A DNA stretch of 41,455 nucleotides, from positions 1-41,455 of the forward strand of contig JBCCEI010000002.1 in NCBI GenBank assembly GCA_039030355.1. Direction: 5' to 3'. Position 1 is the first letter of the stretch; each line of letters opens with the position of its first letter. The notes under the pieces are model-generated. The model did no database searches. It worked only from the letters and a program-made list of their open reading frames with translations, and had not been told where the DNA came from. The position numbers were made by a program, and so were the translations under genes. Source of the DNA: Pseudomonadota bacterium (GTDB taxonomy: Bacteria; Pseudomonadota; Gammaproteobacteria; UBA4575). Below, in pieces: positions 1 to 8,891 of the stretch.

Positions 1-106
1 ACGATGGAAAGTGATAAAAACACTACAAAAATACTAGTATTTACGTTTTAAATATATATACTTTGGCGCGTTTACAACTCACATTAATTGTTTGGAGGGA
101 GTATTG

Positions 107-598
107 ATGGCCATCAAACGTAAAGCTACCACTAAACGTCGTACTAAACGTAAGGCGACTAAACGTAAGGCTACTAAGCGTAAATCAACTGCAAAGCGTA
201 AAACCGCTAAGCGCAAGACGAAACGCAAAGTCAAACGTAAAACTACTAAGCGTAAAACCAAACGCAAAACTAAGCGTAAGGCAAAGCGTAAGACCAAACG
301 TAAGGTAAAACGTAAAACTACCAAGCGTAAGACTAAGCGCAAAACTAAACGTAAAGCGAAACGCAAAACTAAGCGTAAAACCGCTAAGCGTAAGACGAAG
401 CGCAAAACTAAGCGTAAAACCGCTAAGCGTAAGACGAAACGCAAAACTAAGCGTAAGACGAAACGTAAAACTAAGCGTAAGACGAAACGTAAAACTAAGC
501 GTAAAACCGCTAAGCGTAAGACCAAGCGCAAAACTAAGCGTAAAGTCAAACGTAAGACTACGAAGCGTAAAACTAAGCGCAAGACTAAACGTCGTTAA
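107..598 (+). CDS. Extremely basic K-R-K-(T/A/V) repeat protein; candidate histone H1-like nucleoid-associated protein
   Basis: ATG at 107 lies 8 nt after GGAGG (94-98); the ORF-track start at 92 is a TTG. The 163-aa product is MAI followed by 37 K-R-(K/R) units with T/A/V/S spacers. It has no acidic or aromatic residues. A strong terminator follows the gene. Confidence 0.6.
   Translation: MAIKRKATTKRRTKRKATKRKATKRKSTAKRKTAKRKTKRKVKRKTTKRKTKRKTKRKAKRKTKRKVKRKTTKRKTKRKTKRKAKRKTKRKTAKRKTKRKTKRKTAKRKTKRKTKRKTKRKTKRKTKRKTKRKTAKRKTKRKTKRKVKRKTTKRKTKRKTKRR
116..595 (+). repeat. In-frame degenerate 12-nt tandem repeat (AAR CGY AAR NNN) with a 75-nt higher-order unit
   Basis: Reading the codons directly shows AAA/AAG-CGT/CGC-AAA/AAG-ACN/GCN/GTN repeated about 37 times. 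The block KRKV-KRKTT-KRKT-KRKT-KRKA-KRKT occurs twice in tandem and a third time in part. Repeat copies differ mainly at wobble positions. Confidence 0.9.
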
Positions 599-623
599 AC
601 GTAGTTGGATTAAACATCCAAAT

Positions 624-653
624 AAAAAAGGGCTCTTTCAGAGCCCTTTTTTT
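624..653. terminator. Bidirectional rho-independent terminator between the repeat-protein gene (+) and ilvA (-)
   Basis: Structure is A6 (624-629), stem GGGCTC (630-635), 5-nt loop, stem GAGCCC (641-646), T7 (647-653). Confidence 0.8.
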
Positions 654-679
654 ATGTTTATATTATATTTTAATCAGCT

Positions 680-719
680 CGCATCATCCCTGATGCGTCT
701 TTTCTATCGTACCTCCATG
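680..719 (-). repeat. Post-stop-codon extragenic element, copy 3 (inverted relative to copies at 17392 and 18376)
   Basis: The minus strand reads TAA(ilvA stop)-GT-A-CATGGAGG-N15-CGCATC-AGGGAT-GATGCG. The same CATGGAKG ... GCATCAGGGAYGATGC layout follows the zrgD-like stop at 17386. Confidence 0.5.
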
Positions 720-722
720 TAC

Positions 723-2366
723 TTAACCTAAAAACAGCTTATAGATAGGATTATCTGACTCATCCCAATAGCGATATCCAAGTTTATTCAAAAATTCAAT
801 AAGACGTGGACGCTGAGATTCAGGTACTTGCATGCCCACCAATACTCGACCATATGCTGCACCATGATTGCGATAATGGAATAAACTGATATTCCAATCG
901 TGGCCGATGGTTTCCAAAAATTGTAGCAACGCGCCAGGTCTCTCTGGAAACTCAAAACGAAAAACTATTTCATCCTCAATACTTGCACAATGCCCGCCTA
1001 CCATATGCCGCAAGTGTAATATCGCCATTTCATTGTCGGAGATATCGAGAGCGGTATAACCATTATCATGCATCGCATTGAGTAATTGCGACTTTTCTTT
1101 GTTTGAATCTTCCACTTTCACGCCAACAAAAATATGCGCGTCCGTGTTATCGGCATATCTATAATTAAATTCTGTTATGCCTCGTGCACCTAGCAACCGG
1201 CAAAATTTCAAGAAACTGCCCGGTATTTCGGGAATTGTAACGGCAAACAAACATTCACGGCGTTCACCTAATTCTGCGCGCTCTGCAACATGACGCAGAC
1301 GATCAAAATTGATATTGGCGCCACAATTGATACCGACTAGTGTTTTATCCCTGCATTTTTCACGTGCGATGTATTGTTTGATGCCCGCAAGTGATAAGGC
1401 ACCCGCAGGTTCTACTAGCGTACGTGTCTCATCAAAAATATCTTTAATACCTGCGCAGATTTCATCGGTTGAAACCAGTAAAACTTCGTCAATTAACTCT
1501 TTTGCAATTTCGTAGGTCTTTTCACCAATTTTGCGCACAGCTACACCATCTGCGAATATGCCAACTTGCTCAAGTTCAACGCGTTTATTTGCTTGCAGGG
1601 CGGCATGCATCGTTGCGGCATCCTGCGGTTCCACACCAATAATTTTGATTTCCGGTTTGTAATGTTTGATGTACGCCGCCATACCTGCAACCAATCCACC
1701 GCCGCCAATAGCGATAAATATCGCATCAATTTTCCCGGGGTGTTGTTTAAGAATTTCCATCGCAACCGTGCCTTGGCCAGCAATTACATCTTCATCGTCA
1801 TAAGGATGCACATAACACAGCCCTTGCTGCTCGGCTAACTGTAATGAATGTTGATGTGCCTCATCATAAGTGTCGCCATGTAATATCGCTTTACCACCCA
1901 ATCGCGTAACCGATTCAACTTTGATATTCGGCGTTGTGGTAGGCATTACAATGGTAGCCGGTATGCCGAGTTTGTTTGCAGCCAGCGCCACACCCTGAGC
2001 ATGATTACCGGCGGATGCCGCAATCACTCCTCGTTTGCGATCGTCGTCAGGCAAATGCGCAATCTTGTTATATGCGCCACGAAGCTTAAATGAAAATACA
2101 CTTTGCAGATCTTCACGTTTGAGAAAAATATGATTTCCCAATTTTGATGATATGACCTTGGCATGATCAAGTGGCGTTTCGATTGCAACATCATAAACTT
2201 TGGAATGCTCAATTTTTGTAATTAAATCTTTATGCACTGGCGTTATTTTTTTACAGAATTTTTTATTGGCTAATTTATAGCCTATGTCGAATATCAATTT
2301 TGTTAATTTACGATGCTTTTGGCCACGACTTTGGGTATTATTCAGCAAAACAGCGTTGAACCCCAT
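723..2366 (-). CDS. ilvA: Biosynthetic threonine dehydratase (threonine ammonia-lyase)
   Basis: It resembles IlvA along its whole length. Motifs include the PLP-lysine motif [17 protein letters not shown] and the GGGGL loop, and there are two C-terminal regulatory repeats ending NPIYKLFLG. The longest ORF's start codon directly abuts the rpiA ATG (CATATG, 2364-2369). The real start is therefore probably internal, for example GTG at 2237. Confidence 0.93.
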   Translation of the reverse strand: MGFNAVLLNNTQSRGQKHRKLTKLIFDIGYKLANKKFCKKITPVHKDLITKIEHSKVYDVAIETPLDHAKVISSKLGNHIFLKREDLQSVFSFKLRGAYNKIAHLPDDDRKRGVIAASAGNHAQGVALAANKLGIPATIVMPTTTPNIKVESVTRLGGKAILHGDTYDEAHQHSLQLAEQQGLCYVHPYDDEDVIAGQGTVAMEILKQHPGKIDAIFIAIGGGGLVAGMAAYIKHYKPEIKIIGVEPQDAATMHAALQANKRVELEQVGIFADGVAVRKIGEKTYEIAKELIDEVLLVSTDEICAGIKDIFDETRTLVEPAGALSLAGIKQYIAREKCRDKTLVGINCGANINFDRLRHVAERAELGERRECLFAVTIPEIPGSFLKFCRLLGARGITEFNYRYADNTDAHIFVGVKVEDSNKEKSQLLNAMHDNGYTALDISDNEMAILHLRHMVGGHCASIEDEIVFRFEFPERPGALLQFLETIGHDWNISLFHYRNHGAAYGRVLVGMQVPESQRPRLIEFLNKLGYRYWDESDNPIYKLFLG

Positions 2367-3020
2367 ATGTCTTTAGAAAAAAATAAAGAAATTGCTGCTG
2401 AAGCTGCACTCGATTACGTACAAAACAACGATATCGTCGGCGTGGGAACAGGATCGACTGCTAATTACTTCATTGATGGCTTAGCAAAACTAAAAAACAA
2501 AATAGATGGTGCCGTAGCAAGCTCTGTAGCGTCCTCTGAGCGATTAAAACAACATGGTATAGAGGTGATTGATGCAAACCAAGTTACTTCGCTTTCTATC
2601 TATGTAGATGGCGCAGACGAAACAACAAAACATAAACATCTCATTAAAGGCGGAGGTGGTGCACATACACGTGAAAAAATTGTTGCTGCAATGAGTGAAA
2701 AATTTATATGCATAGCCGATGATTCCAAGCTAGTAGATGTTTTAGGTGCGTTTCCATTGCCACTTGAAGTCATTCCAATGGCACGCAGTTATGTTGCAAG
2801 AGAATTGGTGAAAATAGGCGGAGCACCAGAGATGCGCGAAAATTTCACTACCGATAATGGTAATGTAATTTTGGATGTGCACAATTTGGAGATTCTCAAT
2901 CCTGTAGAAATGGAGCAACAACTTAATAATCTCGCCGGTATAGTTACAGTTGGAATTTTTGCACTTCGCCCAGCAGATGTGCTCATTCTTGGCACCGATA
3001 AAGGTGCGATTACTTCTTAG
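2367..3020 (+). CDS. rpiA: Ribose-5-phosphate isomerase A
   Basis: Motifs [25 protein letters not shown] and DNGNVILDV are present. The N-terminus [18 protein letters not shown] aligns with the RpiA start, so the start moves from the ORF-track 2313 to 2367. Confidence 0.93.
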   Translation: MSLEKNKEIAAEAALDYVQNNDIVGVGTGSTANYFIDGLAKLKNKIDGAVASSVASSERLKQHGIEVIDANQVTSLSIYVDGADETTKHKHLIKGGGGAHTREKIVAAMSEKFICIADDSKLVDVLGAFPLPLEVIPMARSYVARELVKIGGAPEMRENFTTDNGNVILDVHNLEILNPVEMEQQLNNLAGIVTVGIFALRPADVLILGTDKGAITS

Positions 3021-3044
3021 AACCTAATCTTCTGAGGAAATCTT

Positions 3045-3467
3045 ATGAAAATTAAACTTTATATTGTAATTTTACTTGGCGTTTCTATTATCAGCTCTGC
3101 TATACAGGCTGATAATGCCACTACACAACCTTATGTTTATTTTATCAGCCCCTCGAATGGAGAAGTGATACAAAGCCCCGTATTGGTTAAATTTGGGTTG
3201 CGCGGCATGGGGGTGGCACCGGCAGGTATCGATAAAGAAAATACCGGACACCACCATTTGTTAATTAATCTGGAAAACTTACCTGCATTAGACAAACCTA
3301 TTCCAGCAGACGACCAACACAAACACTTTGGCAAAGGACAAACTGAAGCATATGTAGAACTTGCTCCAGGCACGCACACATTGCAGTTATTGTTTGCCGA
3401 TTTTTCACACATACCGCATGACCCAGCTGTAGTTTCAAAACCGATTACCATTCATGTAGTGGAGTGA
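3045..3467 (+). CDS. Secreted DUF4399-like protein
   Basis: It has a signal peptide (MKIKLYIVILLGVSIISSAIQA) and the GHHHLLIN motif that I associate with DUF4399. AGGAAA precedes the ATG. Confidence 0.6.
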   Translation: MKIKLYIVILLGVSIISSAIQADNATTQPYVYFISPSNGEVIQSPVLVKFGLRGMGVAPAGIDKENTGHHHLLINLENLPALDKPIPADDQHKHFGKGQTEAYVELAPGTHTLQLLFADFSHIPHDPAVVSKPITIHVVE

Positions 3468-3473
3468 GTCTTT

Positions 3474-4220
3474 TTGAATTCTTTTCGTCAACGCTTACAA
3501 CAAGGCGAGGTCCTCCTTAGCACGCTAGTTTCATTACCTAGCCCAGAAATTGTAGAGCTACTTTCAAAATTAGACTTTGATTGGTTATTTATTGATGCTG
3601 AGCATGGACCATTTGGCACCTTGGATATGCAACGAATGTTACAGGCATGCAAAGATGATTTTCCTTGCCTAATTCGGGTAGCGAGCAATGATGTAGTAGC
3701 CATCAAGCATGCACTGGATATCGGCGCCGCAGGCATTATAGTTCCGCAAATCAATAATGCTGATGAAGCACAAGCTGCAGTACGCGCCGCTAAATACCCA
3801 AGTAAAGGTAATCGCGGTGTTGGCTTGGCTCGTGCACATGAATATGGATTGTCCTTTAGCGAATATCTTTCTGATGCAGATCATGACACATGTGTCGTCA
3901 TTCAAGCAGAAACACCAGGTGCAATTGAAGATATTGAAAATATAGTAAGCATTGATGATGTTGATGCAATTTTGATTGGTCCTTATGACTTATCAGCCAA
4001 TCTTGGCCATACCGGCGAAATTGAGCATCCCAAAGTTGTTGCAGCAATTAGCAAAGTAGAACATGCATGTAAGCAAGCAAACGTTAAGCTAGGATATTTT
4101 GGTGTAAATGCAGCTGCAGTGCTACCTTACAAAGAAAAAGGCTTCACGCTGCTTACAATCGGCGTAGATAGCCTTTTTGTTTTAAATGGTGCACAAACAC
4201 TTCTTGATGAAATGAAATAA
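3474..4220 (+). CDS. HpcH/HpaI-family (class II) aldolase
   Basis: A TTG start lies 8 nt after GGAGTG. Motifs FIDAEHGP, LIRV, IIVPQINN and IGPYDLS are typical of 2-keto-3-deoxy-sugar-acid aldolases. Confidence 0.75.
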   Translation: MNSFRQRLQQGEVLLSTLVSLPSPEIVELLSKLDFDWLFIDAEHGPFGTLDMQRMLQACKDDFPCLIRVASNDVVAIKHALDIGAAGIIVPQINNADEAQAAVRAAKYPSKGNRGVGLARAHEYGLSFSEYLSDADHDTCVVIQAETPGAIEDIENIVSIDDVDAILIGPYDLSANLGHTGEIEHPKVVAAISKVEHACKQANVKLGYFGVNAAAVLPYKEKGFTLLTIGVDSLFVLNGAQTLLDEMK

Positions 4221-4240
4221 ACTCGGCGAACTGATGCAAT

Positions 4241-4621
4241 ATGGCACGCGCAATTGAAATTTCAATCAACGAACACCGTATCCGTGTGTATTTGCGCGAC
4301 ACAAACACTGCTGATGCAATATTTACTGCTTTGCCGTTTCAATCCAAAGCACAAACATGGGGTGATGAGGTTTATTTTTCAACACCTATTAGCAATCAAA
4401 CTCTTGAAGAAGATGCAAAAGATGTCGTGCAGCTAGGAGAACTCGCTTATTGGGTAGAAGGAAATTGCATTGCAATTGGATTTGGCCCAACACCCATTTC
4501 CCACGCAGATGAAATTCGACTCGCCGCACGCACTAATATTTGGGCCGACACTGAATATGATTTAACGACTCTCAAGAATGTTCGCAGCGGAGATACAATT
4601 AACGTTACTGCTGCCGAATAG
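4241..4621 (+). CDS. Cyclophilin-like fold family protein (uncharacterised)
   Basis: The 126-aa product carries WGDEVYF and GELAYWVEGNCIAIGFGPTP motifs, typical of the small cyclophilin-like family. Confidence 0.6.
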   Translation: MARAIEISINEHRIRVYLRDTNTADAIFTALPFQSKAQTWGDEVYFSTPISNQTLEEDAKDVVQLGELAYWVEGNCIAIGFGPTPISHADEIRLAARTNIWADTEYDLTTLKNVRSGDTINVTAAE

Positions 4622-4981
4622 TCAGGCTAAGCTCAATTTTCTGCTAAACAATTTGTACACCATAAATGCCACAACAATGCCGCATAGATCAGCTGCAAAA
4701 TCAATAATGCTAAACATACGGTTTGGTATATATAGGTGTAAAACCTCAATAACCATTCCAAACAAAGCCATCAAAATTGCAGTCACTATATAAGGACTTT
4801 TAAAGTTATACGCAAATAATAATAAAATCGACAACACAAAAAATGTTACAAAATGCGCGAGCTTATCTATGTTTTTTATGAATATTAATTGGTTACTCGA
4901 TCCAGGCACACATGACAGGATAAAGACGCCTATAACGCAGCACCAGAATAAAATTCTCAGCTGTTTTTGTTTGATCCACAT
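4622..4981 (-). CDS. VanZ-like small membrane protein
   Basis: The 119-aa product has four hydrophobic segments and a DKLAHF motif. Its stop codon directly abuts the stop of the convergent gene at 4621. Confidence 0.6.
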   Translation of the reverse strand: MWIKQKQLRILFWCCVIGVFILSCVPGSSNQLIFIKNIDKLAHFVTFFVLSILLLFAYNFKSPYIVTAILMALFGMVIEVLHLYIPNRMFSIIDFAADLCGIVVAFMVYKLFSRKLSLA

Positions 4982-5052
4982 GATATGAAAAGCTCAACAA
5001 AAACCTTTCGACACAACATGCGCGAGATGGTTTCATCAGACAATTTTAATTT

Positions 5053-6231
5053 ATGCATTTAAGAACTAGATACTTAGTCATCACAGCAACATTGTTCATT
5101 GCCTTGATGTTATTCTTTACCTGGCTACCTGTATACATTGAACAATCTCGCAATCGAGTACAAACAAAATCGCTTGCAACTATTTCGAAGCAAAGTAAGC
5201 AACTACATCAGTCTTTATTTATTGCAGATTTACATGCTGACTCATTGCTCTGGGATCGCAATTTAAGCAGAAAATCTAATTATGGACACGTAGATATACC
5301 TCGTCTTATTGAGGGCAACATCGGGCTACAGGTTTTTTCTGTGGTTACAAAAACACCAAAAAATCTAAATTTATACAAAAATTCAGATCGCACAGATAAC
5401 ATCACTTTACTAGCCTTAGCACAATTATGGCCGCCCAATACCTGGTTTAGCTTGTTTGAACGCGCCCAATATCAAGCAAAGAAATTGCATCGAGCCGCAC
5501 ACAAATCCAAGCAATTCTTTCATATCATCAAGTCACAGAATGATCTAAAACAATATCTACAAAAAAGAAAAGACAATAATCTAATAACTTCAGGATTACT
5601 GAGTTTGGAAGGTGCGCATGCGCTTGAGGGTAATATTAAAAACCTAGATCGGTTGTTTGATTCAGGCTACAGGATTATAGGATTTTCACATTTCTTTGAT
5701 AATGAACTTGGTGGTTCGGCACATGGCATGCTTAAAAGCGGCATCACTGAGTTTGGCAAACAAGTTTTACAACGCATACATGAGCTAGAAATGTTTGTTG
5801 ATGTCTCCCATGCGTCTCCTAAGTTGATAAATGACATTGTTTTTCTTAGTAAGCGCCCTGTACTGGCTACTCATACAGGGATTCAGTCAGTTTGTTCATC
5901 TAAATCGCATCGTAATTTAAAGGATGCGCAGATTGTAAAAATCGCAAATACTGGTGGCCTCATCGGCATAGGATTTTGGCCGACTTCAACTTGCGGCAAA
6001 GGCGTTATAGGAATTATTGATTCGATTCGTTATGTCATTGACTTGGTCGGCATTGAGCATGTTGCACTTGGCTCAGACTTTGATGGAAATGTATCAGTAC
6101 CATTTTCTGCTAAAGATATCTCACAAATTACCCATGCGTTGCTGCAGACCGGTTTCAATCATGGACAAATTGAAAAAATAATGGGCGGGAATATAAAAAA
6201 TTTATTATTACGCTATCTGCCAGCGCAATGA
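5053..6231 (+). CDS. Membrane-anchored dipeptidase, peptidase family M19
   Basis: There is an N-terminal TM anchor. Motifs DLHADSLLW, LEGAHAL, GFSHFFDNELGGS, VDVSHAS and LGSDFDG match the M19 metal-binding layout. Confidence 0.85.
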   Translation: MHLRTRYLVITATLFIALMLFFTWLPVYIEQSRNRVQTKSLATISKQSKQLHQSLFIADLHADSLLWDRNLSRKSNYGHVDIPRLIEGNIGLQVFSVVTKTPKNLNLYKNSDRTDNITLLALAQLWPPNTWFSLFERAQYQAKKLHRAAHKSKQFFHIIKSQNDLKQYLQKRKDNNLITSGLLSLEGAHALEGNIKNLDRLFDSGYRIIGFSHFFDNELGGSAHGMLKSGITEFGKQVLQRIHELEMFVDVSHASPKLINDIVFLSKRPVLATHTGIQSVCSSKSHRNLKDAQIVKIANTGGLIGIGFWPTSTCGKGVIGIIDSIRYVIDLVGIEHVALGSDFDGNVSVPFSAKDISQITHALLQTGFNHGQIEKIMGGNIKNLLLRYLPAQ

Positions 6232-6234
6232 TAA

Positions 6235-6633
6235 TTATTGCGCTTCTTGCATATCTTTCGTGGCGGAATAGTTTTTATCTTTATAGCGGTTATAAACCAT
6301 TTGCGTTGCAATATCCGATAAATATTTTTCAGGGTTATCATTACAGTGCTTTATCAACAAATCGGTAAGCACGTAAATATCTTCCCCCCAAGTGATGTCA
6401 TAAACATTTTTGGATGAAAAATTAACACCCGACATAAAGCCGGATAACCAAACTGCGCCCAATTCTTTATGAGCTTCATCTTTAGTTCTCTCGGAAAATT
6501 CCGAACACTGAATGTTTCCAAGTCCAATTGCTTCCCAATAACCACCCCCGTAGACTTCAGCAAAACAAAGTGGTGAAACAGACACTGAAATACAAATCAA
6601 AAATGCACTTATAATTTTAGTATATTTTTTCAT
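6235..6633 (-). CDS. Hypothetical secreted/periplasmic protein
   Basis: It has a signal peptide (MKKYTKIISAFLICISVSVSPLCFA) and two further Cys residues. I recognise no family. Confidence 0.5.
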   Translation of the reverse strand: MKKYTKIISAFLICISVSVSPLCFAEVYGGGYWEAIGLGNIQCSEFSERTKDEAHKELGAVWLSGFMSGVNFSSKNVYDITWGEDIYVLTDLLIKHCNDNPEKYLSDIATQMVYNRYKDKNYSATKDMQEAQ

Positions 6634-6638
6634 ATCAA

Positions 6639-6908
6639 TTATAAATTACACCAAAACGGTGCATTATCTTTTTTGCATTCTTCCTCAGATTCACTTAAAA
6701 CTTTTTGTTTATAGGCATTAATTTGGTTTGACACTGGAGCACTTAGTAATGTTAGTAATATATATACAACGCCAATCACGAATAGTGCATTCAACGCTAT
6801 ATTCGTAGGTTTATTACTAATTGAAATGACTTTATAACGCAGTAATAAAATCGCAATACCCGCAAGTATTGTAATCAGCACGGCTATCATTAAAAATATA
6901 GTTGCCAT
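6639..6908 (-). CDS. Hypothetical small two-TM membrane protein
   Basis: The 89-aa product has two clear hydrophobic helices. It lies 5 nt upstream of the previous gene on the same strand. Confidence 0.4.
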   Translation of the reverse strand: MATIFLMIAVLITILAGIAILLLRYKVISISNKPTNIALNALFVIGVVYILLTLLSAPVSNQINAYKQKVLSESEEECKKDNAPFWCNL

Positions 6909-6943
6909 TACGAACTTAATAACAGGTCAAATTATCACAATTT

Positions 6944-7534
6944 CTAAATTTCACATTTCATTAAATAGTTTGCTTTAAGATTTCTTGACGAGAAAAAAGA
7001 ATGGGCACTTAAATCTATTTTTTTCTCCTTAATAAATCCATAAGATTGATATAAGTCAATTGCAGCTAAATTATTCTCATAAACATGCAAGCTTAAACTC
7101 TGAAAATCATTTTGCAATGCTCTATTTGCAGCCAAATCTAGTAATTGCCGTGCAATGCCTTGACGACGGTATGCAATGTCTACACCTAATGTGTTGATAT
7201 ACCAACTATTACTAATTTGATTTTCAGAAAAATATCTCATCCATTGAACACGATCCTTACTAAGGATTTTAATCATTTCTGGCTTCAATTCATTTGAGTG
7301 CGCATCATAAGAGAATATTAAACCGATAACGTCATTTTTCTGAATTGCCAGATCAACATTTTGATAGGAATAGTCAGGGTCTTCGCCCAACACACGTTGC
7401 AAATGCTCGAGCGCAGACCGTTTCGGCATCAATCCATCAAGCAAATACTCAATATGGCCATAGCCAATTGAGTTAATCCAACTAGCAATATGACCGCAAT
7501 CATGGAGTTCAGCAAACTTATACTGGATTGTCAT
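6944..7534 (-). CDS. GNAT-family N-acetyltransferase
   Basis: It carries the acetyl-CoA binding motif RRQGIARQLL and the downstream LHVYENNLAAIDLYQSYGF. Confidence 0.8.
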   Translation of the reverse strand: MTIQYKFAELHDCGHIASWINSIGYGHIEYLLDGLMPKRSALEHLQRVLGEDPDYSYQNVDLAIQKNDVIGLIFSYDAHSNELKPEMIKILSKDRVQWMRYFSENQISNSWYINTLGVDIAYRRQGIARQLLDLAANRALQNDFQSLSLHVYENNLAAIDLYQSYGFIKEKKIDLSAHSFFSSRNLKANYLMKCEI

Positions 7535-7587
7535 TGCAAACTATTTTTGCAAATTAATCACGAATAGAGCAAGAGGATATATTACGG

Positions 7588-7657
7588 AAAAAAATTGCCC
7601 GCTTGGATGCGGGCACTTAGTAGTCATGAAAATGCTACATTTATTGGCATGTAGCAT
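7588..7657 (-). terminator. Two tandem hairpins downstream of rpsI; the distal one is a rho-independent terminator
   Basis: On the minus strand, a 9-bp perfect stem ATGCTACAT/ATGTAGCAT spans 7632-7657. It is followed by stem TGCCCGC/GCGGGCA (7596-7615) and then U7 (7588-7594). Confidence 0.7.
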
Positions 7658-7670
7658 AAATAAATTGGCT

Positions 7671-8063
7671 TTAACGTTTAGAGTACTGTTCTTTCTTACG
7701 TGCTTTTCGTAAACCAACTTTTTTGCGTTCAACCTCACGCGCATCGCGAGTGAGAAATCCGTGCTGTCGAAGTGGAGATCGTAATTCTTCGTTATATTTT
7801 AACAATGCACGAGCAATGCCTAAGCGAATCGCACCAGCTTGACCATTAGGGCCGCCACCTTTAACCATGACATTTAAGTCAAAATTATTTTCCGTGTCAG
7901 TCACTTCAAATGGTTGACGAATAATCATTCTAGAAGTTGGACGACCAAAATAATTATCGTCCGATCGCATATTGATCGTTATATTGCCTGTGCCAGACTT
8001 CATATAAACACGTGCAGTGGAACTTTTCCTACGCCCTGTTCCATAAAATTGTTCTTGTGCCAT
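7671..8063 (-). CDS. rpsI: 30S ribosomal protein S9
   Basis: [19 protein letters not shown] ... [11 protein letters not shown] is a full-length S9. Confidence 0.97.
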   Translation of the reverse strand: MAQEQFYGTGRRKSSTARVYMKSGTGNITINMRSDDNYFGRPTSRMIIRQPFEVTDTENNFDLNVMVKGGGPNGQAGAIRLGIARALLKYNEELRSPLRQHGFLTRDAREVERKKVGLRKARKKEQYSKR

Positions 8064-8066
8064 TTA

Positions 8067-8510
8067 CTAAACCTTTAACTCTAAAACTTGTGGTTGTTGT
8101 GCTGCATGGTTGTGCTCAGGCCCCGCGTAAACTTTTAATTTTCTAAACATTGCGCGACCAAGAGGGTTTCTAGGCAACATGCCTTTGACAGCAGTTTCTA
8201 AAACTCGAGTCGGATGTTTTTCTAACATTTCACCCAATGGCACAGACTTTAAATTTCCAACGTAACCCGTATGCTTTTGATACAACTTTCCTTTTAACTT
8301 ATTTCCCGTGATGCCAACTTTTTCAGCATTGATCACAACTATGCAGTCACCAGTATCAACATGTGGTGTATAAATTGGCTTATGCTTGCCTTTAAGTCGC
8401 TTGGCAATTTCGCTAGCCAAACGTCCGAGAGGTATATCTGTGGCATCTATAAGAAACCAATCTCGTTGGACTTCGGCTGGCTTAGCACTAACAGTGGTCG
8501 TGGTTAACAT
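8067..8510 (-). CDS. rplM: 50S ribosomal protein L13
   Basis: [15 protein letters not shown] ... [19 protein letters not shown] is a full-length L13. It lies 3 nt upstream of rpsI. Confidence 0.97.
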   Translation of the reverse strand: MLTTTTVSAKPAEVQRDWFLIDATDIPLGRLASEIAKRLKGKHKPIYTPHVDTGDCIVVINAEKVGITGNKLKGKLYQKHTGYVGNLKSVPLGEMLEKHPTRVLETAVKGMLPRNPLGRAMFRKLKVYAGPEHNHAAQQPQVLELKV

Positions 8511-8574
8511 CTTATTTTTTCTACTATTTTATATATCGTTTTGACCGAGTTTTATATCTCGGGAAAGGCGCGAA

Positions 8575-8603
8575 ATACTATCGAACAACGCCTGTCCTGA
8601 CAA
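8575..8603 (-). promoter_or_regulatory. Candidate sigma70 promoter of rplM-rpsI
   Basis: The minus strand has TTGTCA (8603-8598), a 17-nt spacer and TAGTAT (8580-8575). This sits about 65 nt upstream of the rplM ATG. Confidence 0.35.
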
Positions 8604-8689
8604 GGAAATCGAGACCATTCAATCGACTCTTTTGGGCTAGATTTAAGGGTTTTGATGGCTGTACTCACTAGGTCAGATACATTTTGGAC

Positions 8690-8720
8690 AAAAAAAAGCG
8701 CGGAAACTTGCGTACCGCGC
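8690..8720 (-). terminator. Rho-independent terminator (minus strand)
   Basis: The minus strand reads GCGCGG-11 nt loop-CCGCGC followed by U8 (A-run 8690-8697 on the plus strand). It lies about 170 nt downstream of the ferredoxin gene. Confidence 0.8.
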
Positions 8721-8891
8721 TCAAATCTATGTCTACCAGAAGTAGATGGAGGAGTTCTGAATGTTTTTAAACTATCAGAATATGACTATTTTCTAATATT
8801 CTTTTATTAATGTCAACTAACATTGAAGCGAAATGTAGCTAACTACTTCTAATTAGTCGCGATAACTAACCTATTTGAGATAAAGTTTGTA

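Noticed and set aside
79-582. A 167-aa minus-strand ORF made of LRLV repeats, antisense to the KRKT-repeat gene
   Set aside because: It is the mirror image of the AAR-CGY-AAR repeat, whose reverse complement gives YTT-RCG-YTT (Leu/Arg/Val). It has no SD and no sensible start context. The plus-strand frame has a strong GGAGG-ATG and a terminator.
116-595. Regular short repeats that might suggest a CRISPR array or non-coding satellite
   Set aside because: The period is 12 nt with no unique spacers. The array is an uninterrupted reading frame whose variation is concentrated at wobble positions. It is a coding repeat.
2238-2366. A 43-codon N-terminal extension of ilvA, and the alternative rpiA start at 2313, which would make the two genes overlap head-to-head
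   Set aside because: Alignment by eye to IlvA and RpiA N-termini supports shorter proteins. With rpiA starting at 2367, the longest ilvA ORF would leave zero promoter space (CATATG). A divergent 130-bp control region is more plausible, but the exact ilvA start remains unresolved.
7541-7744. A 67-aa minus-strand ORF overlapping the rpsI 3' end and terminator hairpins
   Set aside because: It overlaps a ribosomal protein gene in another frame and runs through two terminator hairpins. It has a low-complexity sequence and no SD.
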